The translations under genes were made by a program, and so were the position numbers. DNA of 45,888 nucleotides from a virus (taxonomy: Duplodnaviria; Caudoviricetes): IMG/VR virus record IMGVR_UViG_3300010052_000193, positions 1 to 45,888 of that record; one strand, written 5' to 3'. The notes below the pieces were generated by a model. It was not told the DNA's origin. It saw only the letters and a program-made list of their open reading frames with translations, and ran no database searches. Below are positions 37,393-45,888 of the stretch, in pieces. Numbering within the stretch: position 1 is the stretch's first letter; every line of letters begins with the position of its first letter.

Positions 37393-37690
37393 AATCTCGG
37401 CCTTCAGTCCAGGGATCCACTCCAGGAGCCGGCACGCCACGTCAATCCGATCGGGCATTCCGGCCGGCTTCCCTGGGAACTCGCCGATCTTCTCCAGGGA
37501 CTCGCTGATCTGGTTGTCGATAGCGTTGTTGAAATGGTCGATACTGTCCCATGACTTCTCGACCTCGGCATTCGCGGCTTTAAGCCGCTCGATCTCGGCG
37601 CGCAGTTCTTTCTTGCTGGGGCCGAAGAAGCCCCGTAGTCGGCGAAGCATCGGATTCTCCGTGCGGATATGTGGATGGGATGCCGGGAAT

Positions 37691-37715
37691 TGAAAAGCTC
37701 ATAATGAGCTTTTCA
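37691..37715. repeat. 25-bp palindrome TGAAAAGCTCAT-A-ATGAGCTTTTCA (copy 1)
   Basis: Perfect 12-bp arms; the 23-bp core recurs at 42248-42270. Confidence 0.85.
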
Positions 37716-38294
37716 GCGGGGGATGGAGAGGAGGTACTGCTGGAGCCCCTCGGTGATGACTTCGTCGAGGCTCTTGTCGGTGGCGGAGAGCACGCCGCAC
37801 TCGCAGTTGTAGCAGTCCGCGTCCTCCAGCCTCTCGTCGGCCCTCAGCCTCTCGGTGATGTACGGCACCCACTCGCGGATCAGCGGCGTGGTGAACTTCG
37901 TGCCCTTGAGCTTCTGCCAGAGCGACTCCTCGGTCACGATCGGCAGGAACCCGTCGTCCCTGGTCACAAACATGGCGTGGACCATGCCGTACCCGAGCTT
38001 GTGGGTGTAGGTGGCGTACCCCTCGTTGTCCGGGAACAGGCGGCCTGGCGAGTAGGTGTCCCAATATTGGGCTCCGGGCTTTCCGACCCTGATGCCGCCG
38101 GCCGTGATCGAGCACTTGACGCCGCTCCCCAGGATCGCCCGGATCTGCTTGATCCGCATTTGGTCGGCGATCACCGACAGCAGGAGCAGCTTGCCCTGAG
38201 CGGTGACCGCGATCCGATCGAAGTCGATGCTCGGCGTAAGGAAGTCCTTACCGCTGAATTCGATGTCGCCAAATCGTCTGTCGTAAATTGGCAT
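37713..38294 (-). CDS. Hypothetical protein of the MTase-helicase module (193 aa)
   Basis: AAGGA RBS; LLLSVI...LWQKL...TTPLIREW pattern; lies between MTase and helicase. Confidence 0.7.
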   Translation of the reverse strand: MPIYDRRFGDIEFSGKDFLTPSIDFDRIAVTAQGKLLLLSVIADQMRIKQIRAILGSGVKCSITAGGIRVGKPGAQYWDTYSPGRLFPDNEGYATYTHKLGYGMVHAMFVTRDDGFLPIVTEESLWQKLKGTKFTTPLIREWVPYITERLRADERLEDADCYNCECGVLSATDKSLDEVITEGLQQYLLSIPR

Positions 38295-38410
38295 GGCTTC
38301 ATCCTTTTGTGGATGGGCGGTGGTTTTGTTATATTAGTTTTGCCTGAGGTTGCTTGCCTGGTGGCGTGCGGATTGGAAGCTTGTCATTGCAAACTGCACT
38401 GGAGTTATAT

Positions 38411-38899
38411 ATGTATAATGTTTCCCTATCAGGTGTTTGGGACGGCGAATACTCCTACGAGATTTCTACCGAGGCCAGCCCTTACCCATCGCTCGTAGTA
38501 GGCTTCGTGTTCAGGGCGGAGGACGTTGAACGAGGGAAGTTCATCGGCTCGATACGAGATGATGATTCGAAGGGAGGAGTGCCGGTCGAAGCGAGCGTAG
38601 TCGGTCGATCGGAAGGAAATTCGATCAGCTTTCTCAAGCAGTACGACACATTCTACGTCATGTCCGAAGGACGCTCACGCTCGTTCAAGGAGGCTATAAG
38701 GCCCTTCGGGGGCCGAGCAATTGGACGAACCCCTAAATTAACCATAAGCTACGCTGGCGTTTACGATCCCAACCAACAATCAATGAGTGGCAGTTGGACG
38801 TTTGAGCAGACCATCATTCGGTTCTACTCACGGCTCCGAATATGGAAATTCTCTTGCCCGAAGACTAGCGGCAGATGGTGGGCTAGAAGGCGTCCATAA
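38411..38899 (+). CDS. Low-GC hypothetical cargo protein (162 aa)
   Basis: GGAG RBS; LSGVWDGEY...ISFLKQY...ISYAG...MSGSW...SGRW. Confidence 0.65.
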   Translation: MYNVSLSGVWDGEYSYEISTEASPYPSLVVGFVFRAEDVERGKFIGSIRDDDSKGGVPVEASVVGRSEGNSISFLKQYDTFYVMSEGRSRSFKEAIRPFGGRAIGRTPKLTISYAGVYDPNQQSMSGSWTFEQTIIRFYSRLRIWKFSCPKTSGRWWARRRP

Positions 38900-38974
38900 C
38901 GAATCGGCAATTCAATAGCGGATCTTGCCCCATGTCGGAGAGCAACCGACCTCGATCGAGGCGTGGCGTCTCAA

Positions 38975-39727
38975 TCAGCGGTTACCCCGCTGTTCACTCA
39001 GTTGCAGCTTCAGTTCCGCCTCGCAGGCCCGACGCACTCGATTCTGATCCCACTGTGATCCGTCCTTTGTTTTGAGCTTGAGGTTGTAGGTCAGGTGGTC
39101 GGAGATTTGCTTCCAGGACAGAGGGCAGTCCTGCATTCGCCAGGAGGCGATCGAACGCATGACGTTGCGTTCCTCGTCGTCCCGCTCGCGGATCTTCGTG
39201 GGCTTCCCGTTGAGCGTCGTCTTGCGCCACTTGTAGCCGTAGCCGGGGAACCGAGGGTTGGCGAAGCCCTTGGCCCGCTTCCCCGTCAGGCCGTCCTTCG
39301 TCCGCTCGCTGATGAAGGCCCGCTCAAGCTCGGCGAACGCGGCGAGGATGTGGATCATGAACCGGCCCATCGGCGAGGACAGGTCGATCGCCCCGCCGAG
39401 GATGTTGACGACGTGGAGCTTGATCTTCATCCTCTCGAACTTCTCCAGCACGACCACGCAGTCGGCCAGGCGGCGGAAGGCCCGGTCGAGCTTGGCGATG
39501 ACGATGTGGTCGCCCGGTCGGAGCTGGGTGAATAGCTCGCGGCCGGCGATCCGCTCCTCCCAGGTCTCCTTGCCGCTCGTGGCGGCGTCGGTGAAGTACG
39601 CCACGTCCCCGAGCCCGTGAAGCTCGGCGTACTTCCGGATGTTTTCCTTTTGAGTCTCTGGCGACTCCACCTGGCGCTTAGTGCTGGCCCTTGCGTATCC
39701 GAACACGCGGGGCGTTCTCTCACTCAT
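38975..39727 (-). CDS. Serine recombinase (resolvase domain plus C-terminal extension)
   Basis: GYARAST..Q, KLDRAFR, AFAELERAFISERT. Confidence 0.92.
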   Translation of the reverse strand: MSERTPRVFGYARASTKRQVESPETQKENIRKYAELHGLGDVAYFTDAATSGKETWEERIAGRELFTQLRPGDHIVIAKLDRAFRRLADCVVVLEKFERMKIKLHVVNILGGAIDLSSPMGRFMIHILAAFAELERAFISERTKDGLTGKRAKGFANPRFPGYGYKWRKTTLNGKPTKIRERDDEERNVMRSIASWRMQDCPLSWKQISDHLTYNLKLKTKDGSQWDQNRVRRACEAELKLQLSEQRGNR

Positions 39728-39968
39728 GCTTCTCTCTCCCCTTGCGGTCCCAGGTGACGTTCTCCGTGTCGATGAACCTCGTGATCCAGGGCCCGTCGTG
39801 CCACTTCCGCAGGGAGGCCAGGCAGACAGCCTCTCCGTCGACAGCCTCGGCGATCCCGGCCGCCGGGTCGTACTCCACCCTGATGCCGCCCTTGCGGAGC
39901 CCCTTCAGGAATCCCTGGAGGGTGGCGTTGGTGATCAGGGCGAACTTCTTCTTAGTCGAACCACTCAT
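39720..39968 (-). CDS. Hypothetical protein (82 aa)
   Basis: Overlaps neighbouring genes; GAGG RBS. Confidence 0.55.
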   Translation of the reverse strand: MSGSTKKKFALITNATLQGFLKGLRKGGIRVEYDPAAGIAEAVDGEAVCLASLRKWHDGPWITRFIDTENVTWDRKGREKHE

Positions 39969-40371
39969 CGAAGACCCCTACCTCTCTCCAGATGTGCCCG
40001 CACCGCTTCTGGACCTCGGCGGTGCGGAACTTGCCGCGATGCAGCCCGGCCGGAACATTCCGATAGCGACGCCACTGGCGGATCTCGTGGGCATCCCACC
40101 AGAGGTCACGCTGGTAGTTCGACTCCTGCTTCCGACAGGACACGTCGGGGATGCCGGCCTTGCGGTTGATCGCCACGTTGATCAAGTACTTCAGGCGATG
40201 CCTAGCCTGACCCTTGGTGATAGTCCCGTAGCCCCACTGGCCCTCGGGGTCGCGGGCCTCCTCCTTGTCGGACTCGACGAAGGCCCGGTAGTAGCGGAGG
40301 AGCTTGGTCGCACCCTTGATTTGGGCCGCCGAGAACGCCTTGCCGGCGAACATGATCATCTTCTCGCTCAC
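39952..40371 (-). CDS. Hypothetical protein (139 aa)
   Basis: Co-oriented ORF in the operon. Confidence 0.6.
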   Translation of the reverse strand: MSEKMIMFAGKAFSAAQIKGATKLLRYYRAFVESDKEEARDPEGQWGYGTITKGQARHRLKYLINVAINRKAGIPDVSCRKQESNYQRDLWWDAHEIRQWRRYRNVPAGLHRGKFRTAEVQKRCGHIWREVGVFDEWFD

Positions 40372-40417
40372 AGCTTCACCCTTCGGGTAAAGCCATCCCT
40401 GGCGATGTTTCCTGGGG

Positions 40418-41602
40418 TCAGACTGTGAGGCGCGACCGCTCGGACTGGGCCTCGGCGTCCTCTTCCTTCTCGGACACGTCGTTGGAGTAGGTGCGGATCA
40501 CGCCGTCCTGCTCGACGCAGCGGATCACGGTCGCCATCCTTTGGCTGAAGACGTCCTTGGTCGTCACGGCCCCGGTCTCGGGGTTCATCGTGGACTCGGA
40601 CGCCTCTTTATTGTGGTACTCGGCCTTGTGCGACGAGGCCCGGACGACGTGCGGGCCGAACGGCCCCTGGACCACGCCGTCCAGCATGCCGCTGGCGAGA
40701 ATGAGGCCCAGGTGCCCCTTATCGAGCGGCAATGGAGGCGACTCGGGCGGCGGGGCGACGACCTCAGTCAGCAGGCGGCCCAGCGGGCTCCTTTCGACCG
40801 CGTCCAGAAGCTCCTCGTCCGTGAACTTCGTCTTCTTCCAGTTGGTCGGCTTGACCGAGTGCGGGACCTCCCAGGAGCGGACCTCCTTCTCCCGCTCGTA
40901 GCCGCCCCGGCCGTCGCTCCAATAGCAAGGCTGGACCTCGCCGAGCGGCGGGAGATCCTGGATCTTGACGTAGCCCAAGTGCATGTTCATATGAAGGATT
41001 TTGCCTTCGGACAGCCGGTCTCCGGGGATGGCCGACGACCTCTTGCGGCCGAAGACCACGATCTCATTGAAGGGGCGATGGCCCTCGGGGAACTTGTAGA
41101 CGCAGACGTCCGAGTAGTGCGAGTCGAGGAACTGGACGAAGTTGCGGTTCCCGGACAGGGCTCGCATCGGGCACACGAGGGCCAGGATGCCGCCGCTGAC
41201 CAGTTGCCGCGTGGCCTGCTCGGCGAACGCCTGCTCCTCTCGCCGGCCGCCGCCCAACTCGTCGTCGAACGGCGGGTTGACGTACGCCAGGCCGAACGAG
41301 CACGCCGAGATGCTGGAGCCCATATAGGACGCGGGCCCGAGGTGCTGGTGCTCGGGCATGAGTTCCCTGGCCTCCGCCGACCGGCCGGCGTCAAGCTCGA
41401 CCGTGTGGACGTGCTTCTCGTCGACCTCCAGGGCACCGGCGATCTGCTTGATCGCGGCCCCTTTCCCGCAGCAGGGGTCGATGATGTTATAGGTCCGCTT
41501 CGACCCGTCGTTAGGCTTGAGCCGGAGATGCCGAGTCAGGTGCTCGATCGCCACCTCGTCGGCCGGGTAGAACCCTAGCTTGACCTGGGCAGCCAACCTC
41601 AT
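40418..41602 (-). CDS. DUF6094-type amino-DNA methyltransferase
   Basis: RLAAQVKLGFYP, DPCCGKG (motif I), VELD, YVNPPF (motif IV); C-terminal PPLPL..GHLGL.LASG.LDG. Confidence 0.88.
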   Translation of the reverse strand: MRLAAQVKLGFYPADEVAIEHLTRHLRLKPNDGSKRTYNIIDPCCGKGAAIKQIAGALEVDEKHVHTVELDAGRSAEARELMPEHQHLGPASYMGSSISACSFGLAYVNPPFDDELGGGRREEQAFAEQATRQLVSGGILALVCPMRALSGNRNFVQFLDSHYSDVCVYKFPEGHRPFNEIVVFGRKRSSAIPGDRLSEGKILHMNMHLGYVKIQDLPPLGEVQPCYWSDGRGGYEREKEVRSWEVPHSVKPTNWKKTKFTDEELLDAVERSPLGRLLTEVVAPPPESPPLPLDKGHLGLILASGMLDGVVQGPFGPHVVRASSHKAEYHNKEASESTMNPETGAVTTKDVFSQRMATVIRCVEQDGVIRTYSNDVSEKEEDAEAQSERSRLTV

Positions 41603-41699
41603 GGTGTTAGTCCTTTATGATGATGGGGTGTTTATAAGACGGAATTGAAGTCTACTCAAGCAGCGTGGATGCGCCGGCCCGCCGTCCGCTTGCGATTGC

Positions 41700-42131
41700 C
41701 CAGGACGACCCGTTTCTCGACGAATGAATGGACCTCGACACGACGACGTCGAGGATCTAGCCTCATCCCGAGACGTGCTTCGCCCCGATGCGGCGTGGGT
41801 CCGATCGTCGAGCATGACTACGCCGTCCAGATTGCTCCGCCGCCACTCGGCGTCATGCTTTACGCGCGGCTAGCTGCGACAGATGGATCTGGTGCCCGGT
41901 GATCTTCCGATACCAGGCCGCATTGGACGGCTCCAACCAGTTGCCCAACTGGACGGCGAGTACGTCGCCGAGATCGTCCGGCTCCCGGCGGCACGTCTTC
42001 TCCTCCCAGAGCTTGGCCGGACGCTCCGGATCGCTTCCCATGATGATCGTGGCGTCCGATCCCCTGAGGCCCTTCCTGCGGGCCGCACGGGCCTCCAGGC
42101 TCAAGCCGAGTGTGCTGAGGTCAGCTATCAT
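41700..42131 (-). pseudogene. YqaJ/lambda-exonuclease-like recombinase remnant (lower boundary approximate)
   Basis: RRKGL.GSDA..IMG...LWEEKT...AVQLG..LEP, then W.RSNLDG and AKHV in shifted frames with stops. Confidence 0.75.
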
Positions 42132-42194
42132 ATGCTCCCCTTTTCATTCTGGTGGAACCTGCTCCCAGAGGCTTAGATCAGGTTCTGGAAAATG

Positions 42195-42220
42195 AAAAGC
42201 CAACCCCGAAGGATTGGCTT
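42195..42220 (-). terminator. Intrinsic terminator
   Basis: AAGCCAA/TTGGCTT stem followed by a T-run on the minus strand. Confidence 0.65.
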
Positions 42221-42246
42221 GTTTGTGCTCCGTTGGCCTACCGAGT

Positions 42247-42271
42247 CGAAAAGCTCATAATGAGCTTTTCG
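42247..42271. repeat. 25-bp palindrome CGAAAAGCTCAT-A-ATGAGCTTTTCG (copy 2)
   Basis: Perfect arms; same core as 37692-37714. Confidence 0.85.
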
Positions 42272-42706
42272 CTAGAACCCCACCGCCTCGACGCCGCTGG
42301 AGGTCAGGCTCACGACGTCGTCCGGGCCCCAGGGCTCGTCCTCGTCCGCGAGATCATCCCAGGTCTGTAGAGCGGCCTCTGGGTCCTCGCCATCATCGTC
42401 GTCGCCTCCCTCGTCGTCCTCGCCGTCGTAGCAGGTGCAGTCGCAGACATGCTCCCCGCAGTCGTAGCAGACATCCTCTTCCTCATCCTCCTCGTCGTCC
42501 TCGAAACAGTCGGCCGAGTTGCCGAACAGGTCGTCGTAGGACAGGTCCTCGTCCGAGACCTCATAGTCGCCCTTGAAGACCTGCTCCCGGACGTCGTCGC
42601 CGAAAGTGAGGGTGCGTTCGACGGGCCCATCCTGAACGTGAACCTCGACCTCTCCGCCCGCCTCGATCTCGACCCCATTCACGATGACCTTGAGTACCCG
42701 TGCCAT
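42272..42706 (-). CDS. Highly acidic protein with a Cys cluster (144 aa, MARVLKV...)
   Basis: GGAGA RBS; D/E tracts around CYDCGEHVCDCTC. Confidence 0.7.
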   Translation of the reverse strand: MARVLKVIVNGVEIEAGGEVEVHVQDGPVERTLTFGDDVREQVFKGDYEVSDEDLSYDDLFGNSADCFEDDEEDEEEDVCYDCGEHVCDCTCYDGEDDEGGDDDDGEDPEAALQTWDDLADEDEPWGPDDVVSLTSSGVEAVGF

Positions 42707-42764
42707 AGTTGAATCTCCGTTGACCAAACGCCAGGATGGCTGCCCGTCCGATCGGGCCACGCAA

Positions 42765-43040
42765 TTAGTCTTTCAAAGAATGCAGGCGGATCATCTCGCT
42801 GAGCTTGTCCGTCATGTCCCGGAATGCTTCCCCTACTTCGTTGGCCGTCATATCGGGCCATATAGCCGATCGGACGATGTAGGTTTCCCCCGGCCGTCCG
42901 ATCTCGACGCACGCCATCATTCCGATGCCGTGCCGACGAATGCGACCGCACGAGACGGCCGTATTTCGCACGATGAAATCAAGCATCGGAAATGCGATCC
43001 TAGCTAAGCGAGTTTGCTCGTCCGTCAAAGCTTCAGGCAT
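42765..43040 (-). CDS. Hypothetical protein (91 aa)
   Basis: GGAG RBS; overlaps the upstream ORF. Confidence 0.55.
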   Translation of the reverse strand: MPEALTDEQTRLARIAFPMLDFIVRNTAVSCGRIRRHGIGMMACVEIGRPGETYIVRSAIWPDMTANEVGEAFRDMTDKLSEMIRLHSLKD

Positions 43041-43240
43041 GGCTTAGCTCCCATTGGAGTTATGTTGAATTCTTCGATGACTTGATCCGCTATCGCCGCC
43101 GCTAGTGCGGTATCCTCGGGAATACCCATGCGTTGAGCGATTTCGGCCAGCCTAGCCGAATTGCGGCGAGCTAGCGACATATGACCATGGGCGATTTGAA
43201 CTAGTCTCGTGAAAACCGTCTTCTGTGATTTCGTTAGCAT
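43025..43240 (-). CDS. Hypothetical protein (71 aa)
   Basis: AAAGGGGG RBS. Confidence 0.55.
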   Translation of the reverse strand: MLTKSQKTVFTRLVQIAHGHMSLARRNSARLAEIAQRMGIPEDTALAAAIADQVIEEFNITPMGAKPCLKL

Positions 43241-43334
43241 CGCTTCCCCCTTTCGATCCGCCGATTCCGACTAAGGACCGTCGCCACGTTCACACATATG
43301 CAGGCTAGACTAGATCAGGTTTCCGCAAGCCAAT

Positions 43335-43368
43335 AAAAAGCCCCTTAACCGTTTCAGGCAAGGGGCTT
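43335..43368 (-). terminator. Intrinsic terminator
   Basis: AAGCCCCTT/AAGGGGCTT stem followed by a T-run on the minus strand. Confidence 0.7.
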
Positions 43369-43829
43369 GCGTCGATTCGAGGCTTTGGGACGTCCGGCCG
43401 CCCGGGGCGGGATCACCCGCCTTCAATGCCGTTCGTCGTTTGCCTACCGCGTTTCTCATCTCGCCTTATCTCCCGGTTTCAGGTTTCGTCGTCGTCGGGT
43501 CGATTTTGAAGGCTCCTTCAAACCGGCCCTTACTGCGTACTCCGATCGGCCCGATTTTCAGTCGGCTTTGTCCGATCGGCTTGCGGCCCGAAACCCCTGG
43601 TATTGTCCGCCGGATCGATTGCGGTCCTTACGGGAAGGCCGGTCGATTGTCGGTCGGAAGCGATGCCAGGGAACGCGAACCGCTATAGAGAGTAGGCTAG
43701 GGCGTTCGGACCGCTCCGGCCGATTTGACTCCGACCGCCCGTACTCCGGGAGCCTAGATCACAAACCAAGGTAGCGAGTGAAACCCCTTGGAATCGCTCC
43801 CAAGGGGCGGGATCGTTGAGGGTCGGCGA

Positions 43830-45035
43830 TCAGGCCGACAGACGTTCGGCAGAGGGATCAACCTTGACCTCGTGCGTAGCACGTTCGGCGTCCAGCTTGA
43901 CGCGGGCCTTATCCATTTCGGCGATGTACCGGCCGAGTCGCTTGTACAGAGCGACCATTTCCGTATACCGGCCGAGAGCGTACATCGTACCGGCGAGCGT
44001 GCGGCATTCGTCGGCGGTCGCGGTCGCGGGATCGAATCCGACGCACGGCATATCGACGCCGCAAGCGTCAAAGACGGTCTCGACGATGGCCATGACGCCC
44101 GTCGCCGGGAGCACGTTGTTCGACAGAGCGTCGGTTAGCGACGTCGTGATAGCTTCGTTGGCTTCGTTGATACGCTTGGCGGCGGCACGGCCGGCGGCGG
44201 CGGCGGCGGATTTCTGGCGTTGTTCGTCCGTCTGCTTAGACTTCGCCAATTCGGCCAGCTTGTCCTTATGGGCTTGAACCATACCCTCAAACTTCGCTCC
44301 GACGGTTGCGGCGTGATTGGCCGAACGCTTCGCCTTGAGATCGGTGAAGAAATCAAGCCATTCCCTGGAAAGCGAGTTTTCGAGCGTATCCTTGTCGAAC
44401 CGCTGAGCCGACGGATGCAGGATGATCGCTTCCGAGATCGTGAGCGAATAGGCCAGCGTATCGCCGAACAACTCGCGGACGTTCTCCCGGACGCGATAGG
44501 CTTTCACCCAGTCGGAAACCTTGATGGATTCCGGCTTGATGGCGACGAACAACCGCACTTCGGTGCGGATTCGGAGCACCATCGATTCAAAGTCAATGTG
44601 GCTGTAGTTCGGAGCGACGTTCCGCCATCCGATCGCGAGTTCATACGCATCCTTGCCGATCGAGAACGACCGGGCGGATTCGCTCTGATGCATGGCCACG
44701 TACTGGCCGACGATACCCTTAATGGCTTCCCGTTCGGTCGGCAGAAATTCCTCGGGAGTCATCTTCGGGGCGGATTCGGCTGGGGCGTTGCCGCTGATGA
44801 TAATAGCGGCGGTTTCGCGTTCGGCTTGCAAGCCGAGTTCCGCATTCTCGGCCGGTCCGGGCTTGGCGGGATCGGGAGTCACGTACCCACCATCGATCGC
44901 CAGCTTGTGGATTGCGTCGGCGATTGGGGCGGCGGATTCGATGGCATCGGCACCGATGGCGGACGCCTGGGAATCGGCGGAAACGATCGGCTTGCGGTTG
45001 CGGCGAGCGACGGGGGAAAGGGTAGCGGTCGACAT
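43830..45035 (-). CDS. Hypothetical helical protein (401 aa)
   Basis: GGAG RBS; long ORF with protein-like composition; no family recognised. Confidence 0.75.
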   Translation of the reverse strand: MSTATLSPVARRNRKPIVSADSQASAIGADAIESAAPIADAIHKLAIDGGYVTPDPAKPGPAENAELGLQAERETAAIIISGNAPAESAPKMTPEEFLPTEREAIKGIVGQYVAMHQSESARSFSIGKDAYELAIGWRNVAPNYSHIDFESMVLRIRTEVRLFVAIKPESIKVSDWVKAYRVRENVRELFGDTLAYSLTISEAIILHPSAQRFDKDTLENSLSREWLDFFTDLKAKRSANHAATVGAKFEGMVQAHKDKLAELAKSKQTDEQRQKSAAAAAGRAAAKRINEANEAITTSLTDALSNNVLPATGVMAIVETVFDACGVDMPCVGFDPATATADECRTLAGTMYALGRYTEMVALYKRLGRYIAEMDKARVKLDAERATHEVKVDPSAERLSA

Positions 45036-45499
45036 GGCTTGATGCTCCGTGTTGGTTCAGCGTCTTGCGACGGTAAGGAAAATCGGTCAGTAGTGAAACG
45101 GTTCTAGTTCAAGTGAGTGACGATGCGTTTCGATGAATCAACGGCTAGACCATGATTCGATCGTTCGACGACTCCGGCCGGACTGGTGACAGTCAGTCGG
45201 CCCGATGCGTGTTGCGTGACTGTCCACACTTCGCCGTCGATCGTGACTTGGTATGACTCGGAAGGCATGGCGACGACTCCGGCTTAGGCGTGCGAGGATA
45301 GGGCCGAGAACCGATCCCGGCCGCATAGAAAGACCGTCGGCCAGACTTCGGAGTTAAATCCCAGTCGCGGGATTCACGATCGCCCGGAGGGGAAAAAGCG
45401 TTGACGGTTCGTCGTCGAATTCAACCGTAATGTCGTCGAGTCGCATGGTTGCCATGATGCCGTTGAATGCGACACGCACCATATCGCCGACAACGGCTA

Positions 45500-45888
45500 A
45501 GCACCTGGCCGGGGTTTGTCTTCAGGGGTGTTCGTCCGTATCATTATGTATGATCCTCGTACACCTCGACGAAGCCTCTCGCGACGAACTCAAATCCCTG
45601 CGTCGCACCGAATTGACGCCCCGAGCCCGCGACCGGCTGGAGATGGTCCTGTTGTCCTCGGTCGCGTGGGCCCCGTCCCGCATCGCCTCGCACCTGGGCT
45701 GTTGCACGGCCACCGTCCGCGCCGTGCTGAAGGACTTCCAGGCCCGGGGCGTCGCCGCCCTGCACCCGAAGCGCACCGGGCCGCCGCCGGATCGCGACCG
45801 CCGCGCGCGCGTCGAGGGTTTGCTCCGCGAATGCCTCGGCGAGGCCCGCGCCTGGACCAGCCGCCAGCTCGCCGCGGCCCTGGCCGAG
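45500..45888 (+). mobile_element. IS630-like insertion sequence, left part
   Basis: TA at 45498-45499 then AGCACCTGG; jump to high GC; transposase ORF follows. Confidence 0.6.
45550..45888 (+). CDS. IS630-family transposase N-terminus (partial, runs off the window)
   Basis: ARDRLEMVLL...IASHLG....TVR.VLKDF..RG..AL.P...G.PP...WTSRQLA HTH pattern. Confidence 0.75.
   Translation, partial: MILVHLDEASRDELKSLRRTELTPRARDRLEMVLLSSVAWAPSRIASHLGCCTATVRAVLKDFQARGVAALHPKRTGPPPDRDRRARVEGLLRECLGEARAWTSRQLAAALAE

Larger units (their letters stand above)
36656..37650 (-). pseudogene. Coiled-coil protein gene interrupted by the Tn3-type cassette
   Basis: Removing the cassette and one TSD restores MLRRLRGFF...LKAEI|ADLKNQLAIAGLLSRMK*. 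Confidence 0.8.
32575..45888. mobile_element. Second integrated element (ICE/plasmid-like), extending beyond the window
   Basis: Abrupt GC drop at the junction; helicase, MTase, serine recombinase and YqaJ genes all on the minus strand. Confidence 0.75.

Noticed and set aside
38975-39727. Serine recombinase as the integrase responsible for the DUF1501 insertion
   Set aside because: Only 250 aa, lacks the Zn-ribbon/coiled-coil of large serine integrases and lies 6 kb from the junction; not excluded but unsupported

Overview
GC-rich window, probably from a planctomycete: it carries a DUF1501 gene and a VPEP/PEP-CTERM protein (host assignment is inference). It has three parts. (1) 1-~31038: most of an HK97-fold siphovirus-like prophage, with tail, neck, head and terminase genes, a prim-pol/DUF3987 replication gene with an iteron-like origin, a divergent-promoter switch, moron genes and xis/int. 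It is integrated at the 3' end of a tRNA-Lys(UUU) gene split by a 299-nt group I intron between positions 34 and 35. The other att site is left of the window. (2) 31626-32574: a host DUF1501 gene with a frameshift, cut at its conserved FW-D(TH) motif. (3) 32575 to the end: a second integrated ICE/plasmid-like element. It encodes an SNF2-like helicase containing an apparently circularly permuted retropepsin (DTG) protease domain, a DUF6094-type methyltransferase, a serine recombinase, a decayed YqaJ gene, an acidic protein, a 678-bp Tn3-type non-autonomous cassette (38-bp IRs, 5-bp TSD) and the start of an IS630-like transposase. Family assignments come from motifs read by eye; no searches were run.
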